DNA of 64,000 bases from Candidatus Bathyarchaeia archaeon. Its GTDB lineage: Archaea > Thermoproteota > Bathyarchaeia > Bathyarchaeales > Bathycorpusculaceae. The notes below the pieces were generated by a model. It saw only the letters and a list, made by a program, of their open reading frames with translations. It had not been told where the DNA came from and did not search any database. The stretch lies in assembly GCA_038727135.1 (NCBI GenBank), contig JAVYWL010000001.1:320001-384000 (forward strand), written 5' to 3'. Positions 8,474 to 19,213 of the stretch are shown piece after piece; the first letter of the stretch is position 1, and the number at the start of each line of letters is the position of its first letter. A program made the position numbers and the translations under genes.

Positions 8474-8962
8474 TTAAATCATTCTTTGCAAAAGCTCGTT
8501 TATTTTCTCGCCGCGGTATCCAAGTTCGCCGCCCATACCATAGCCCTTCTTTACCTTACCCTTAAAACCCTTCGTTGGTGGGTGCAGCCTAAAATATGGC
8601 TGAATGTTTGGAAGCTTCCAATACTCAACCTTACAATTGTATATTGCGTCTGCAAGCTCTTCTAAAGAGGCGTAGCCAAGCTTTTTGGCGTAGTCATCCG
8701 TCAACTTTTTGTTTCCAACAAGTCTACCCCTCTCCTTCAACAGCATTACTAATGTTTCTTTAGAGATTTCACCCCACGTGACAAAACTTTGGGCTGTTTT
8801 TAACATTCCAATAAAAGAAGGTCTGTTATCAACCAAGACCACATAGTTGTTCCTTTTTAAGTTCAGCATTTTTAGGGTTTCCCTAACTTGGAGTGGCGCG
8901 CTTATAATTCCGCGGACGCGTACGGCTGCTATGCATTTGCGGCTTTCAGTCTCTCCTGGCAA
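8474..8962 (-). CDS. rpl30p: 50S ribosomal protein uL30
   Basis: VRVRG, TLKMLNL, VTWGE, FRLHPP..GF, LGYRGEKIN.LL.RM. Confidence 0.96.
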   Translation of the reverse strand: MPGETESRKCIAAVRVRGIISAPLQVRETLKMLNLKRNNYVVLVDNRPSFIGMLKTAQSFVTWGEISKETLVMLLKERGRLVGNKKLTDDYAKKLGYASLEELADAIYNCKVEYWKLPNIQPYFRLHPPTKGFKGKVKKGYGMGGELGYRGEKINELLQRMI

Positions 8963-8963
8963 G

Positions 8964-9599
8964 CTACCTCACCCAGTCCATTGGTGTTATTAGGCTGTAG
9001 GTCTTCTTCAAAGCGTCAAAAACCGCATATGCAAAGGATGGAACAGTTCTTGTTGAGCCGTAGCTTCTTGTCCAGCAGTCTTTTATTCCCGCAAGTCCGA
9101 GAATCACTTTTGCAACTTCGCTGGCAACCAAGCCCAAACCTCTCGGTCCGGGGATTATAACGACTCTTACGCCGCCACATTTGCCCTCAACCTGGAACGG
9201 GACAGAGTGAGGTTTCCCACATCCGCATTCCCAACTGCCGCATCCACGCCTTATTGGGACGAGATTTAGCCTAGCGTCGGCAGCCGCCTTCTCTATTGCC
9301 GTCCGCACTTGGCTTGCCTTCCCGGCCCCAAGCCCAATATAGCCATCCCGGTTCCCAACAGCAACTATCGCCTTAAACCTAGACTTTTCACCGGCGTCTG
9401 TTTGCTTCTGCACAAGATTTATGTTTATAACCTCTTCTTGAAGGTCTGGAAGCAAAGCATCAACAATCTGTGGCTCCCTTATGGGTAAGCCTTCCATAAA
9501 AACCTCTTCAATAGAGGTTATTTTACCCTCTTGAATCAGTTTTCCAAGACGGGTTTTAGGAACCCACTCCTCCAAACTTCTAGCCCTATCCACTGCCAT
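8964..9599 (-). CDS. rps5: 30S ribosomal protein uS5
   Basis: [26 protein letters not shown]; start revised to ATG 9599. Confidence 0.97.
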   Translation of the reverse strand: MAVDRARSLEEWVPKTRLGKLIQEGKITSIEEVFMEGLPIREPQIVDALLPDLQEEVININLVQKQTDAGEKSRFKAIVAVGNRDGYIGLGAGKASQVRTAIEKAAADARLNLVPIRRGCGSWECGCGKPHSVPFQVEGKCGGVRVVIIPGPRGLGLVASEVAKVILGLAGIKDCWTRSYGSTRTVPSFAYAVFDALKKTYSLITPMDWVR

Positions 9600-10203
9600 G
9601 GCTCTTACCTCCAATCTTAAAGGCGGCAATCACAGCCTTCTTAACATCGGCAAAATGTTCGGGAAGACTTTCAGGGAGAACCTTGTTCTTAAGGTATTCT
9701 GAGAACGCTGCCGTATACTTTTCAGTGTTTGCTGAAAGCATTTTTGCATACTGGGCTATGTGCACTCCTTGGATTCTGTTCTCGTCCGGCAGCTTCCCCT
9801 CCCCGTGTGGAACAATTAAACCGGCGTCCAAAACGCCTTTAAGGGCTGCAAAAACCCTTGCACCCTTCGTTGGGGAATGCAGCCCAATGTCTAAAACCGC
9901 CTCTTCTATGCCTTTTGCTTTGGCTTTCAACCCGCACAAAAGCCCCGTTAAATAGGCTGCTGGAAGATTACCCCTAGGAGCTTTCCAACCATAACTTTTT
10001 AGGAGCTCCCTACTGTGGGCTGAAACCAAAACTTCGTCACCGTGTGGTTTTGCGGCAACTATTTGAACAATAATGTTTTTGAGCGTACCGCGAACTACAA
10101 GCCTAGGCTTTTTGGAGAGAATTAAGGCTTTTCTTTTCCGATAATCCGTTTTGCCCTCTCTTCTTCTGCGGTATGGCACACTATAACGGGAGCTCTTCGC
10201 CAT
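9586..10203 (-). CDS. rpl18: 50S ribosomal protein uL18
   Basis: [31 protein letters not shown]. Confidence 0.97.
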   Translation of the reverse strand: MAKSSRYSVPYRRRREGKTDYRKRKALILSKKPRLVVRGTLKNIIVQIVAAKPHGDEVLVSAHSRELLKSYGWKAPRGNLPAAYLTGLLCGLKAKAKGIEEAVLDIGLHSPTKGARVFAALKGVLDAGLIVPHGEGKLPDENRIQGVHIAQYAKMLSANTEKYTAAFSEYLKNKVLPESLPEHFADVKKAVIAAFKIGGKSHGSG

Positions 10204-10658
10204 CAGCGTTTCCTCCATAGGTCATGAGCCTTTAGGAACCTCTCCATGTCAGCAACGGACGCGAACCGCCCACTCTTAACCATTGTGTAAAGCTTTCGGT
10301 AGGTGCTTTCAGCGATTACCTTCTTAGCCTTTAACTCACGAAGCCTCTTCCTTAAGGCACGAACTTTATTCATCCAAGCCTCTTTTTTAGAAATTTTAGC
10401 TTTGGCTGCGCCGCTTCTGCTTCCCGGCCCCCGCCTCAAGCCCTTCTTCTTCTTTTGGTGGATAATTCTTGCCCTTGCCCTGCTGACACCCTTCTCCTTT
10501 AGAGGCTTAATCACGCCTTCGTGAATGAGCTTCCTAATTTCCTCACGAGTTATCGCGGCTTCAACATCATCAATCCTATTTGGGTCTATCCAAACCCTAT
10601 CTTCGCCAACCTTCAATATCTGAGCCGCGAGCCGCCTTTGGCTTTTAAGGCTTGTCAC
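10203..10658 (-). CDS. rpl19e: 50S ribosomal protein eL19
   Basis: QRRLAA.ILKVG..RVWIDP, RRGPGSR.G. Confidence 0.97.
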   Translation of the reverse strand: MTSLKSQRRLAAQILKVGEDRVWIDPNRIDDVEAAITREEIRKLIHEGVIKPLKEKGVSRARARIIHQKKKKGLRRGPGSRSGAAKAKISKKEAWMNKVRALRKRLRELKAKKVIAESTYRKLYTMVKSGRFASVADMERFLKAHDLWRKR

Positions 10659-11218
10659 TGCTTCTTCTCTCCTCCCTGGCTTTTCTTTACCCTCTTCTGC
10701 TTAGCCTTGGGCTTCGGCTTCTCTTCTTTAACGGGCTTTTCTTTTTCTTCTCCCGCCTCTTTTTCAGCTTTTTCCTCTTCTTCAGCTTCGACTTTCTCCG
10801 CTTCTTCCTCCTTCTCCTCCTCCCCAGCGCCCACATTTAAAATGGTTATTTTCTTCTTCCGTGCCTCTGCAAGAATTTGCATCCTGGTTCTTCTGCCAAC
10901 AGTGTGCGCAATACGCACAGCCTGAGTTTTAGGATTAACCCTCTTAAGCTCGTCAACATTATGCACTAAAACCTCTTCATAACCCGACGGGTGAAGCCCC
11001 CTAGCGGCTTTTGGTCCCCTATATCCAATGTTTACGGTTTGGGGCCATCCCTTAATTTTTCTCCGCATCTTATTGTCTATGCCTTTTGGTCTGCGCCAGT
11101 TCTCCTTTAGCCGGTCGTAACGCCAGCTTTCCTGCCGGACAAAGTCTGGCTTTTTCTTTTTTAGCTTAGCTCTTATCTTCAAGGCTTTTTCTACAACGGC
11201 CGTGTTCTGCTCTTTCAT
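10655..11218 (-). CDS. rpl32e: 50S ribosomal protein eL32 with a charged C-terminal extension
   Basis: [34 protein letters not shown]. Confidence 0.96.
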   Translation of the reverse strand: MKEQNTAVVEKALKIRAKLKKKKPDFVRQESWRYDRLKENWRRPKGIDNKMRRKIKGWPQTVNIGYRGPKAARGLHPSGYEEVLVHNVDELKRVNPKTQAVRIAHTVGRRTRMQILAEARKKKITILNVGAGEEEKEEEAEKVEAEEEEKAEKEAGEEKEKPVKEEKPKPKAKQKRVKKSQGGEKKQ

Positions 11219-11763
11219 GCTTCCATTCCCTCGCTTTTCTCGTATAGGTATATGCCGTCCAAGAAGACGCGGGGGTCTTTCCTCCGCACTTTTGTGGCTT
11301 GCTCTATGTTTGCGGCTGTTTGGCTTACCTCTTCAACGTTTATCCCTTGAACAATTACGTCGTCGCCAGAAACCTTCACCGTCGCATTGCCAACAATTTT
11401 TGCTTTCCTCGGGTTTCTTTCACCAGTAAAGTTCTCGATTAACACCATTCCATCTTGAACTTTGACAGAGATCGGGAAATGAGAGAAAACTATTTTCAAC
11501 TTGTACGTGAAGCCTTTTCTAACTCCGGTAATCATGTTATTAATGTGAGCGTGAATTGTGCCAACTAGGGCGCTCTCTTTTTTCCGAGGCCAGTTAGCCC
11601 AAATACGAAGACTTTTGCCTTGAAGCTCCATTGAAACAGGCGCGTATGAAAAGTCTCTGGTTAAGGTTCCCTTTGCTCCTTTAACCGTCACTTTCTTGCC
11701 TTCTAGGGTCAATTCCACGTCGTCTGGAATTTGAACGACTTTTGAGACTTCAACCGCCCGCAT
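11215..11763 (-). CDS. rpl6: 50S ribosomal protein uL6
   Basis: [35 protein letters not shown]. Confidence 0.97.
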   Translation of the reverse strand: MRAVEVSKVVQIPDDVELTLEGKKVTVKGAKGTLTRDFSYAPVSMELQGKSLRIWANWPRKKESALVGTIHAHINNMITGVRKGFTYKLKIVFSHFPISVKVQDGMVLIENFTGERNPRKAKIVGNATVKVSGDDVIVQGINVEEVSQTAANIEQATKVRRKDPRVFLDGIYLYEKSEGMEA

Positions 11764-11776
11764 CTGCCAAAACCTC

Positions 11777-12160
11777 CTAGTAAACGTAGGCTAAGAGTCT
11801 GCCTCCAATGCCCTTTTCTTTAGCTTCCTTGTGGGATAATACCCCTCTTGGAGTTGAGATTATTAGGAGCCCCACCTCTCTGGATGGCAGAAACTTCTTC
11901 TCCCAGTCTTCAATTTCATCAACTTTAACGGCGAAGCGCGGTCTTATGGCGCCGCACTTGTTTATCCTGCCTAATAGTTGGACTTTAAACTTTCCTGAGC
12001 GCCCATCATCTATAAATTCGAATTCGCCGATGTAGCCGTTTAACTGCATAACCCTCAAGACCTTGCCCAAAAGTTTAGAGGCTGGGCTAATCACACATTC
12101 GCGTTTGTTACGCATCTCGTTGTTCAGAATTGTTGTCAAGCCGTTTGACAGCACATCCAT
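11777..12160 (-). CDS. rps8: 30S ribosomal protein uS8
   Basis: [36 protein letters not shown]; start revised to ATG 12160 because the upstream frame overlaps uS14. Confidence 0.97.
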   Translation of the reverse strand: MDVLSNGLTTILNNEMRNKRECVISPASKLLGKVLRVMQLNGYIGEFEFIDDGRSGKFKVQLLGRINKCGAIRPRFAVKVDEIEDWEKKFLPSREVGLLIISTPRGVLSHKEAKEKGIGGRLLAYVY

Positions 12161-12173
12161 TGCGCTTTCCTCA

Positions 12174-12338
12174 TCACTCATATTTTTGGAAACCAAGCTT
12201 TTTTGCTACTTCCCTAAAACAATGCCTACACAAATATAAATTATAACGCCGGATAATAGGCCCATAAGAACCGCATCTAACACATGGCCTAGCGCCCTTG
12301 CCGTATTTTCTTTCCTTTTTAGGTTTCTTTTTACCCAT
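12174..12338 (-). CDS. rps14: 30S ribosomal protein uS14 (Zn-binding, 54 aa; below the ORF-track cutoff)
   Basis: Manual translation [54 protein letters not shown]; canonical position between uL5 and uS8. Confidence 0.97.
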   Translation of the reverse strand: MGKKKPKKERKYGKGARPCVRCGSYGPIIRRYNLYLCRHCFREVAKKLGFQKYE

Positions 12339-12357
12339 AAAACTCCCTCTGCATAGC

Positions 12358-12897
12358 CTAGACTATTTCAACCCCCAAAGTGTCTTTAACAAAAACCATA
12401 GCCTCCTCCGGTGTTAAGACGTGGCTTGAACCTATTTTCGCTTGGCATCTACGCCTATTTTTAACACGCCACCCGGGTCGACTCAGTGAAACACAAACGT
12501 CCATGCCAAATATTCCAATTTCTGGGTCATATTTGACCCCTGGAATTTCTATGTGCTCCTTTATTCCAAAGGCGAAATTTCCAAAATTGTCAAAACAGCT
12601 TTTCGGAATTTTATAATCAACCACGTGTAAAACCCTTTTTAAGAATTCTATGGCTTTCTGCTTTCTAAGCGTGACGATGCAGGCCATCGGTTCACCTCTT
12701 CTTATTCCAAAATCCCTAATGGTTTTCTTCGCCTTCCTCTTGCACGGCGTCTGCCCAGTTAAATCCTTCAACACCTTTGCAGCTTTTTCAAGAGGCTCCC
12801 CGGACTTTCCAACACTTATGTTGACAACAACCTTGTCTATCCTTGGTTTAAGCATTGGATTTTCTTCCCATCTTTTTCTAATCTCGTCCTCAGACAT
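12358..12897 (-). CDS. rpl5: 50S ribosomal protein uL5
   Basis: [40 protein letters not shown]. Confidence 0.97.
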   Translation of the reverse strand: MSEDEIRKRWEENPMLKPRIDKVVVNISVGKSGEPLEKAAKVLKDLTGQTPCKRKAKKTIRDFGIRRGEPMACIVTLRKQKAIEFLKRVLHVVDYKIPKSCFDNFGNFAFGIKEHIEIPGVKYDPEIGIFGMDVCVSLSRPGWRVKNRRRCQAKIGSSHVLTPEEAMVFVKDTLGVEIV

Positions 12898-12898
12898 T

Positions 12899-13657
12899 CT
12901 ATTGAGCCTCCGGCAAGGATATCAGCGGTTTTGTTTCACCTACTGCGAAAACGAACTCCATCACCGTCTGGTAGCGGTTGCCCTTCTCGTCTTCCACCGT
13001 CACTACGGCGTCCTTGCGTTTCTTGCCCTTAACTTTCTCAATTTCAATGATTCTGCCACATTTTCCCATGTTTTTGCCGCCGGTTATTATAACGTAAACG
13101 TTTTCCTTCATTTTGATGTGTTCGAGAATTTGCCTATCTGGAAGGCTAATCTTGACCGTGTCAAAAGTGTTGTAAACATCCTCTTGCGGGTTCTTTGGGT
13201 CGGCAACTTTAACAAGCACGTTTGAGCCGTCATGAAGGTTCAATTGTATATGCCCATTTTTCACGATGGTTTTATTCTCTATTCTGCAAAGCTTGAAGTT
13301 GGCTTCTTCCTTGCTAATGGGATGAAGGATTAAGCCCTTATGGGAAGGCAAAATGCGGAAATGCTTATCCAAATCTGGAAGCGAAACCACATCCATAAGT
13401 CCCGTCGGAAACTTGTCGTCGCGCCTCACTCTCCCGTCAACGTAAACCTTTCCCTGCGCAGCTATTATTTTTGCTTCTCTTCTTGTTTTTGCAACTCCCA
13501 AAATATCACGTAAAAGCAAGGTTATGGGCAAACAGCTTTCAAGAGAATGGGGGCCGGGGGTTGGCTTTACAACCCAGACAAACTCCTTTCTATGTATTGG
13601 CCAGATTTTCGGCGCTGGTTTACGTTTAAGGGTTGTTGAGCCGCCTTTTCTACCCAA
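12899..13657 (-). CDS. rps4e: 30S ribosomal protein eS4
   Basis: LKR..AP..WPI.RK, PGPH, VDGRVR.D..FP.GLMDV, LHDG.N. Confidence 0.97.
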   Translation of the reverse strand: MGRKGGSTTLKRKPAPKIWPIHRKEFVWVVKPTPGPHSLESCLPITLLLRDILGVAKTRREAKIIAAQGKVYVDGRVRRDDKFPTGLMDVVSLPDLDKHFRILPSHKGLILHPISKEEANFKLCRIENKTIVKNGHIQLNLHDGSNVLVKVADPKNPQEDVYNTFDTVKISLPDRQILEHIKMKENVYVIITGGKNMGKCGRIIEIEKVKGKKRKDAVVTVEDEKGNRYQTVMEFVFAVGETKPLISLPEAQ

Positions 13658-14234
13658 GTTCGGATTCCTCCGCTTTTTTGCGCCCTCTTACAGCCTTTTC
13701 CTTTGGCTTTTTCGCAGCTCTTTTTCTTCTCGTTGACTTTTTCTCTTTGACTGGTAGTTCTTCTACTGCTGGAGGCTTTTCCTCAACTGGTTTTTCTTCA
13801 ACAACCTTCATCACCACTTCTTCCTCTGGAGGTTTCTCCACGATTTTTTCCGCAACTTCTTTGGCTTTCTTCCGCCTTTCAAGAATCTTTTTTCGCCACT
13901 TGTCGTCAAGGTTGAGCTTTGTTATCATAACCTTTGATGGGTGTATTGGAACAAAAACTGTTGATCCGTCAACTTTCTCGCGGGTTAAGCCCTCGATGTA
14001 AATTTTAAACTTTTTCCTATCAACACGAGCAACTTTCCCCTCAAACCCTTTATGATCCCCTCTTAAAACGCGAACGGTGTCGCCGCTTCTCACTGGAAGA
14101 CTTCTAGTTCCATAGGATTTTCTTAGCTCCGGTGATAGGGGAGCCGAAAAATGCTTGTAGCGTATGTGGTCTGGAGCTTGGAAAAGCATTTTCCTTTGTT
14201 TTGAAGGTTTTGATGTTTTGGCTATTGCTTGCAT
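13650..14234 (-). CDS. rpl24: 50S ribosomal protein uL24 with a charged C-terminal extension
   Basis: KPSKQRK, GDTVRVLRGD.KG.EGKV, PIHPSKVMITKL. Confidence 0.96.
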   Translation of the reverse strand: MQAIAKTSKPSKQRKMLFQAPDHIRYKHFSAPLSPELRKSYGTRSLPVRSGDTVRVLRGDHKGFEGKVARVDRKKFKIYIEGLTREKVDGSTVFVPIHPSKVMITKLNLDDKWRKKILERRKKAKEVAEKIVEKPPEEEVVMKVVEEKPVEEKPPAVEELPVKEKKSTRRKRAAKKPKEKAVRGRKKAEESELG

Positions 14235-14249
14235 AACAATTTCACCATG

Positions 14250-14690
14250 CTATATTATGATGCTGGCGGCACTCGCTATTCTCGGCCACCTTTCAGCCGC
14301 CTCCTTTGCTACCGGTCCACGAATTTCAGAGCCTTTCATCTCGCCTTCTGGTGTTATTATCACTGCTGCATTATCCTCAAATTGAATCCAGACGCCGTCA
14401 GCCCTTCGGAAGGGCATCCTCTGCCTAACAATAACTGCTTGGAAGATTTTCTTCCGCATGTCAGGAGTGCCATGCTTAACCGAAACTGTTATGCGGTCGC
14501 CTACAGCGGCGGAAGGCACACGTCTAAGCCTACCCTTATAACCCATAACTTGTATTAGGCGAAGTTCGCGGGCTCCGGTGTTGTCTGCACATTTCAAGAT
14601 GGAGCCGGCTGGCAGCCCTCTAGAAATTTTTGGTCTTTGACCGATTACTCCTTTTGCAACTAAGCCTCTTGTTTTTGCCTTCGCTGCCAT
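14250..14690 (-). CDS. rpl14: 50S ribosomal protein uL14
   Basis: [36 protein letters not shown]; start revised to ATG 14690. Confidence 0.97.
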   Translation of the reverse strand: MAAKAKTRGLVAKGVIGQRPKISRGLPAGSILKCADNTGARELRLIQVMGYKGRLRRVPSAAVGDRITVSVKHGTPDMRKKIFQAVIVRQRMPFRRADGVWIQFEDNAAVIITPEGEMKGSEIRGPVAKEAAERWPRIASAASIII

Positions 14691-14691
14691 C

Positions 14692-15012
14692 TTATTTCGC
14701 CTCCTCTTTCTTTTCCACAACTACGAAGGAGACGGTTTTGCTTATTGGGCGACATTCAGCTATTACTACGCGGTCGCCCTCCTTCGCGTCTATACATGGC
14801 GGATTATGAGATGGAATGCGGCTGCGTCGCCTTTCATATCGCATGAACTTTGGAACATACTTCAGATAGTCGTGGCGAACTATGACGGTTTTATCCATTT
14901 TAGCGCTTACAACCACGCCTTCTAATATGCGGCCTCTTATTGGAAGACTCCCATGGAATGGGCAGTTTCTGTCATTGCAGGTTTTCTTGGGCTTTTTAAA
15001 GGCTAGCGCCAT
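14692..15012 (-). CDS. rps17: 30S ribosomal protein uS17
   Basis: [24 protein letters not shown]. Confidence 0.97.
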   Translation of the reverse strand: MALAFKKPKKTCNDRNCPFHGSLPIRGRILEGVVVSAKMDKTVIVRHDYLKYVPKFMRYERRRSRIPSHNPPCIDAKEGDRVVIAECRPISKTVSFVVVEKKEEAK

Positions 15013-15293
15013 CACCAGAGCCTCCTAACACGCTTTTTAAGACGGTCTTCAGGTCTTCCAACAAGAAGCTTCCCATCAATTTCAACAATGGTTCCATCGG
15101 GAAATTTGAAATGAAAAACCGAGGATTCCTTCACAACAACTTTTCTTTCTCCCTCATGGAGTAAGGTAAATGTGTTCCGAGTCTCGTCGATAACCTTGCC
15201 ACGTAATCCAACATAACCCCTGTGGGTGCTACGGGCAACCTTCGCCTCAGTCCCGATAAACTCGTAACGTATAATGTCTGGCGTCACCTTCAC
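15012..15293 (-). CDS. rnp1: RNase P protein subunit Rpp29 (Rnp1)
   Basis: EFIG...V, G.VIDETRNT, G..L.GRPEDRLK; canonical position. Confidence 0.95.
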   Translation of the reverse strand: MKVTPDIIRYEFIGTEAKVARSTHRGYVGLRGKVIDETRNTFTLLHEGERKVVVKESSVFHFKFPDGTIVEIDGKLLVGRPEDRLKKRVRRLW

Positions 15294-15529
15294 TTGCCTA
15301 TCCTCTCCCTGCCTCCCGCTTTTTTAACCTCCAGCTTCTGCTCGTTCTCTATGGTTAATATTCTTGCAATTGCCCTCCGCAACTCCTTTATTCTGGCAGG
15401 GTTTTCTACTGTGCCGCCAGCCTTAACCATAGTTTTTAGCCTAAGTAGTTCTGTTCTAAATTCGTTGAGCTTTTTGCGCCGCTCTTCTGGCGGCATTTCC
15501 CTTATTTCTTTAACCCTGATTATGGGCAT
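15290..15529 (-). CDS. rpl29: 50S ribosomal protein uL29
   Basis: EIREM, ENPARIKELRRAIARILTI; start revised to ATG 15529. Confidence 0.95.
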   Translation of the reverse strand: MPIIRVKEIREMPPEERRKKLNEFRTELLRLKTMVKAGGTVENPARIKELRRAIARILTIENEQKLEVKKAGGRERIGK

Positions 15530-15530
15530 C

Positions 15531-16235
15531 TTATCTGGTTGCCTCCTCTTCCCCTTCTTCACCACCGGTCTTTTCGGTCCCTGCCGGGGCTTCTTCAGCA
15601 GCCTCTTCGACGGCTTCTTCGGGTTTCTCTTCTGCTGGCGGAGCCTCGACTATTTGGATTTTGTCCGGAAACTTGGCGTCTGGAGGCATTATCCTAACCT
15701 TGACGCCGTAAATGCCCGGCTTAAGTTGGACATGCACCTCAGCTTTGCGCATGTACTTTAAGGCTGGGTCCCCACACTTCGGCAAGTAGCCACTCCTAAA
15801 CTTTTCATATCTAGCTCGTTCGGTTCGCAGCTTCCCACTAATAATTATCTCCACCCCTAAGGCTCCAGCCTCCATAACTTGGTTTAAAGCCCAGAACCCT
15901 GCACGCCTAAAGTGTACACCCCTCTGCAAAGCTGAGGCTATACGCGTGGCAACAATGTATGGGTTCAGCTCGGGAACCTCAATTTCTGAAACTGAAATTT
16001 GCGGGTTGGAAACCTTGAATTTCTCCTCTAATATTTTTGCAAGTTCCCTTATGGTTTCGCCGCTTCTTCCTATCACAAGTCCGGGACGCATAGCATAAAT
16101 GACCACATGTGTTCCTAGGGGGGTTTCTGAAATGTTTACCCCGCCATAGCCAGCCTTTTCGAGCTTTTTCTGCAAAAACTCGTCGATTTCTGCCCTTTTC
16201 CTAGACTTTGAAATAAAATGTTTCACGACAGCCAT
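15531..16235 (-). CDS. rps3: 30S ribosomal protein uS3
   Basis: AGYGG, RPGLVIGRSG, GVEIIISGKL, GIYGVKVRIM. Confidence 0.97.
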   Translation of the reverse strand: MAVVKHFISKSRKRAEIDEFLQKKLEKAGYGGVNISETPLGTHVVIYAMRPGLVIGRSGETIRELAKILEEKFKVSNPQISVSEIEVPELNPYIVATRIASALQRGVHFRRAGFWALNQVMEAGALGVEIIISGKLRTERARYEKFRSGYLPKCGDPALKYMRKAEVHVQLKPGIYGVKVRIMPPDAKFPDKIQIVEAPPAEEKPEEAVEEAAEEAPAGTEKTGGEEGEEEATR

Positions 16236-16726
16236 TAGACTTCCTCCACAGTTGCTTCTGGTTGCTCTTCCAAGGCTAGTTCAATATGAGTTAGAGTTTC
16301 AAATTTTGGTGTGGCTCTTCCAAAAGCCCTAGGCATGTACCTCCTAATCTTCATTCCAGGATAAGCCGAAGCATGGATTATTTTGAGTCTTTCCGTGTCT
16401 AATCCCTTGTTTTCAGCGTTGGCTTCCGCTCCTTCAAGAATCTTTAGAATTTGCTTCGCCGCTTTTACTGGGTATCTGCCAGCATAAGCCTTTTCCAGTC
16501 CGTGGCGGTGGGCGGCCTTCTTCTTAAACCTTGTGAAGGGGACAGCCTTCTTCTTGGCTATAACATCTCTCAAAAACTTTTTGGCTTCTGTAAGCATCAT
16601 GCCCTTTATTGCGTTACATACTTCGCGGGCGGATTTATGGGATACCCTAACCTCTCGCCCGCTTGCCTTAACCGTTTTCTCAGGGTCTAATGCTTCTTCT
16701 GGTATGGAGTATCCCCATTTTGGCAC
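16235..16726 (-). CDS. rpl22: 50S ribosomal protein uL22
   Basis: VSHKSAREVC, GRYPVKAA, AEANAE.KGLD, PRAFGRA; start revised to GTG 16726. Confidence 0.96.
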   Translation of the reverse strand: MPKWGYSIPEEALDPEKTVKASGREVRVSHKSAREVCNAIKGMMLTEAKKFLRDVIAKKKAVPFTRFKKKAAHRHGLEKAYAGRYPVKAAKQILKILEGAEANAENKGLDTERLKIIHASAYPGMKIRRYMPRAFGRATPKFETLTHIELALEEQPEATVEEV

Positions 16727-16769
16727 TCGATAGACTCTCCAACTGTGCAATTGAACAGCTACATGGCGG

Positions 16770-16784
16770 TTTATATGGTTTTCC
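16770..16784 (-). promoter_or_regulatory. Putative BRE/TATA promoter of the ribosomal operon
   Basis: Minus-strand GGAAAACCATATAAA about 45 nt upstream of the uL22 start. Confidence 0.45.
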
Positions 16785-16947
16785 ATAAACCAGTACATTC
16801 CAAAGTTCGCCTAACACCACAAAACCTACATTTCTTCACAATTAAGTGAATCTGGTCCGTAGGTGTCCTGCCCAAAACCGTTTCACAAATCTTCGATGCG
16901 TTTATGTTTAACCAAGACTTTATTGACATCAAAATGGTGAATCCCCG

Positions 16948-18018
16948 ATGAAAAAGAACGAACATATTACAATGCTGCACGGCGCCGGCGGGACAGTCAT
17001 GCACGACCTCATTAAAAACTACATTTTAAAATACTTTGGCGGCACGGAAAACGCGCGTTTTGAAGTCCCTCTTGAGGCTTTAGATGATGCTGCAGTTGTT
17101 GGCGACATTGTTTTGAAAAGCGACTCCCACGCCGTTAAGCCAATCTTCTTCCCGGGCGGGGACATTGGACGTTTGGCTGTTTCAGGCACTGTTAACGATA
17201 TTGCTGTTTTAGGAGCTGAACCATACGCTTTGGCTTGCGGTTTCATTTTAGAGGAGGGCCTACCCCTAACAGATTTTGAAAAGATTCTTGCCAGCATGCG
17301 GCAAACATGCCGAGAAGCAAATGTAAGCATCGTTACGGGTGACACAAAAGTCATCGAGAAAGGAAGTCTAGGCGGCTGTGTAATTAACGTGTCTGGAATT
17401 GGAAGGAGAACAGAAGCCTTAGAAAAGAATTTGGCTGTTATTAAACGGTTCAGAAACAACTTTAAGGCTCGTTGGATTCTTGATTCAAACCTCAAGCCCG
17501 GAGACAAAATAATATTGTCCGGGACAATAGGCGACCATGGTTTGGCGGTCTTATCAGCTCAAGAGGGCTTTAGCTTTAGAAGTGGCATAAAATCTGATGT
17601 TAAGCCCCTAAACCGCCTCATTCAGCGTTTGTTAGGCGAGGTTGGCGGCATAGTTGCCATGAAAGACCCAACACGAGGCGGGTTGGCAGACGCCTTAAAC
17701 GAGTTCAGCGAAAAATCAAAAGTGGGCATACTAATCCACGAAGAAAAAATTCCAATAAAGGACGACGTAAGAGCGGCATGTGAAATGTTGGGCTTAGACC
17801 CGCTCGAAGTCGGCAACGAAGGAAAAATAGTTATAGGCGTGTTGAGGGAGAAAGCTGAAGAAGTTTTACAATTCTTAAAAGCCACAGAAGAGGGCAAGGA
17901 AGCAGAAATCATAGGCGAAGCAACAAGCACCTTCAACGGAGTAGCCATGCAAACAGTGGTCGGCGGAAAAAGGATAATAGCAAGACCGTTAGGCGACCCG
18001 ATTCCAAGAATATGCTAG
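16948..18018 (+). CDS. hypE: Hydrogenase maturation protein HypE
   Basis: HGAGG, FFPGGDIG.LAV.GTVND, TGDTKV, DPTRGG, NEGK, C-terminal PRIC. Confidence 0.97.
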   Translation: MKKNEHITMLHGAGGTVMHDLIKNYILKYFGGTENARFEVPLEALDDAAVVGDIVLKSDSHAVKPIFFPGGDIGRLAVSGTVNDIAVLGAEPYALACGFILEEGLPLTDFEKILASMRQTCREANVSIVTGDTKVIEKGSLGGCVINVSGIGRRTEALEKNLAVIKRFRNNFKARWILDSNLKPGDKIILSGTIGDHGLAVLSAQEGFSFRSGIKSDVKPLNRLIQRLLGEVGGIVAMKDPTRGGLADALNEFSEKSKVGILIHEEKIPIKDDVRAACEMLGLDPLEVGNEGKIVIGVLREKAEEVLQFLKATEEGKEAEIIGEATSTFNGVAMQTVVGGKRIIARPLGDPIPRIC

Positions 18019-18085
18019 CCTAATGGAAAGTCTTTTAACTAAACCGTGCCATAGATAAGGGGGCGCAGAGTAGAAGGGAAAATAT

Positions 18086-18706
18086 GTGAAAGTGAATTAT
18101 GTTGGCATTATCGGAGGCATACTAGCATTCATCAGCCTAGCACTACCATGGTGGACAATGAACATGTCTATTTCGGCAGGAGGAGAAATTCCTATTCCAG
18201 GTCCCTATTCGGTCGATATCTCAATTTACCCGTACAAGGGAACAGTGTCTGCATCTATAATGGGGATTCCCATTTCAATGGATATTTCTATAAATGTTTG
18301 GTACGGTTGGGCTGCTCTAGTTCTTGTCGTGGTGGGTGGTATATTGGGAATTTTGGGCAGCATAATATCTGGCAATAAAGTGATGCTGGTCGTTGGCGGA
18401 ATACTCGCCCTACTTTCAATCATAATCTTTGCAGCAGGACTACAGATAGAGCTTTCGCAAGGCATGTCAATACCACCACCAACGGGAACAGGCACACCAC
18501 TTCAACTGCCTGCGTTAGGCCTATTCTCCAGCGGATCTTTTGTTCTCATGGATGTACCAGTGAATTATTCGACTTATTTGTCCTTTGGGTTCTGGATCGC
18601 TCTGATTGCTGCAATCTTAATGTTCGTCGCTATGAGAAAAGCTGAAAAAGTTGCGCCGCCACCGACACCGGTGGAGGCCCCAGCGCCACCGCCTCCGCCG
18701 CCATAA
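18086..18706 (+). CDS. Hypothetical 4-TM membrane protein with a proline-rich tail
   Basis: LPWW after TM1, three further TMs, C-terminal PPPTPVEAPAPPPPPP. Confidence 0.75.
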   Translation: MKVNYVGIIGGILAFISLALPWWTMNMSISAGGEIPIPGPYSVDISIYPYKGTVSASIMGIPISMDISINVWYGWAALVLVVVGGILGILGSIISGNKVMLVVGGILALLSIIIFAAGLQIELSQGMSIPPPTGTGTPLQLPALGLFSSGSFVLMDVPVNYSTYLSFGFWIALIAAILMFVAMRKAEKVAPPPTPVEAPAPPPPPP

Positions 18707-18768
18707 TCTAGGCTACCATTTAACCCCTAATTTTTATATCTTATTATTAGGAAAAAGCGAGCTGAACG

Positions 18769-19080
18769 TTAGGTGTATTTTTTGCATGTGTAGCAGTACC
18801 ATCTTTGATATTGCGGAATATATGTTAATGGTCCTTTGCATGTCGGGCATGTCGGCTGCGTTTGCTCTGGTTTGAGAAGCACAAAATCTCCTACAGCTTG
18901 CACTTCATCCCATGGGATGTTTCTGCTCTCGCCCTTCTTGTCCTCCACATATAGGGATATGCCAGTTCTTCCAACAATGAACGAGACATCCTTAATCGTC
19001 CCAACTATGCGTCCCTCAGCATCTATAACTTGCATACCAATAAGCATGTCCTTAGTAACAGCCTTTTCCTGCTTATCCAT
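18769..19080 (-). CDS. PRC-barrel domain protein with a C-terminal zinc ribbon
   Basis: LIGMQVIDAEGRIVGTIKDV...IPWDEVQAVGDFVLL (PRC barrel) followed by CPTC...CYTC. Confidence 0.85.
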   Translation of the reverse strand: MDKQEKAVTKDMLIGMQVIDAEGRIVGTIKDVSFIVGRTGISLYVEDKKGESRNIPWDEVQAVGDFVLLKPEQTQPTCPTCKGPLTYIPQYQRWYCYTCKKYT

Positions 19081-19213
19081 TTACATCATCCCTGTTGAAA
19101 GTTATTGTATCCTAAGAATTTAAATTTAATAAAAATTTTCCTATGCCATATCATAACGCGGGGAGCGCTTACCATTTAATCAAAAAAAATAATGGCTTAC
19201 CTAGTTTTCAACG

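Noticed and set aside
16771-17004. 77-aa Cys-containing minus-strand ORF between uL22 and hypE
   Set aside because: It overlaps the hypE start and the divergent promoter region, and has no recognisable family.
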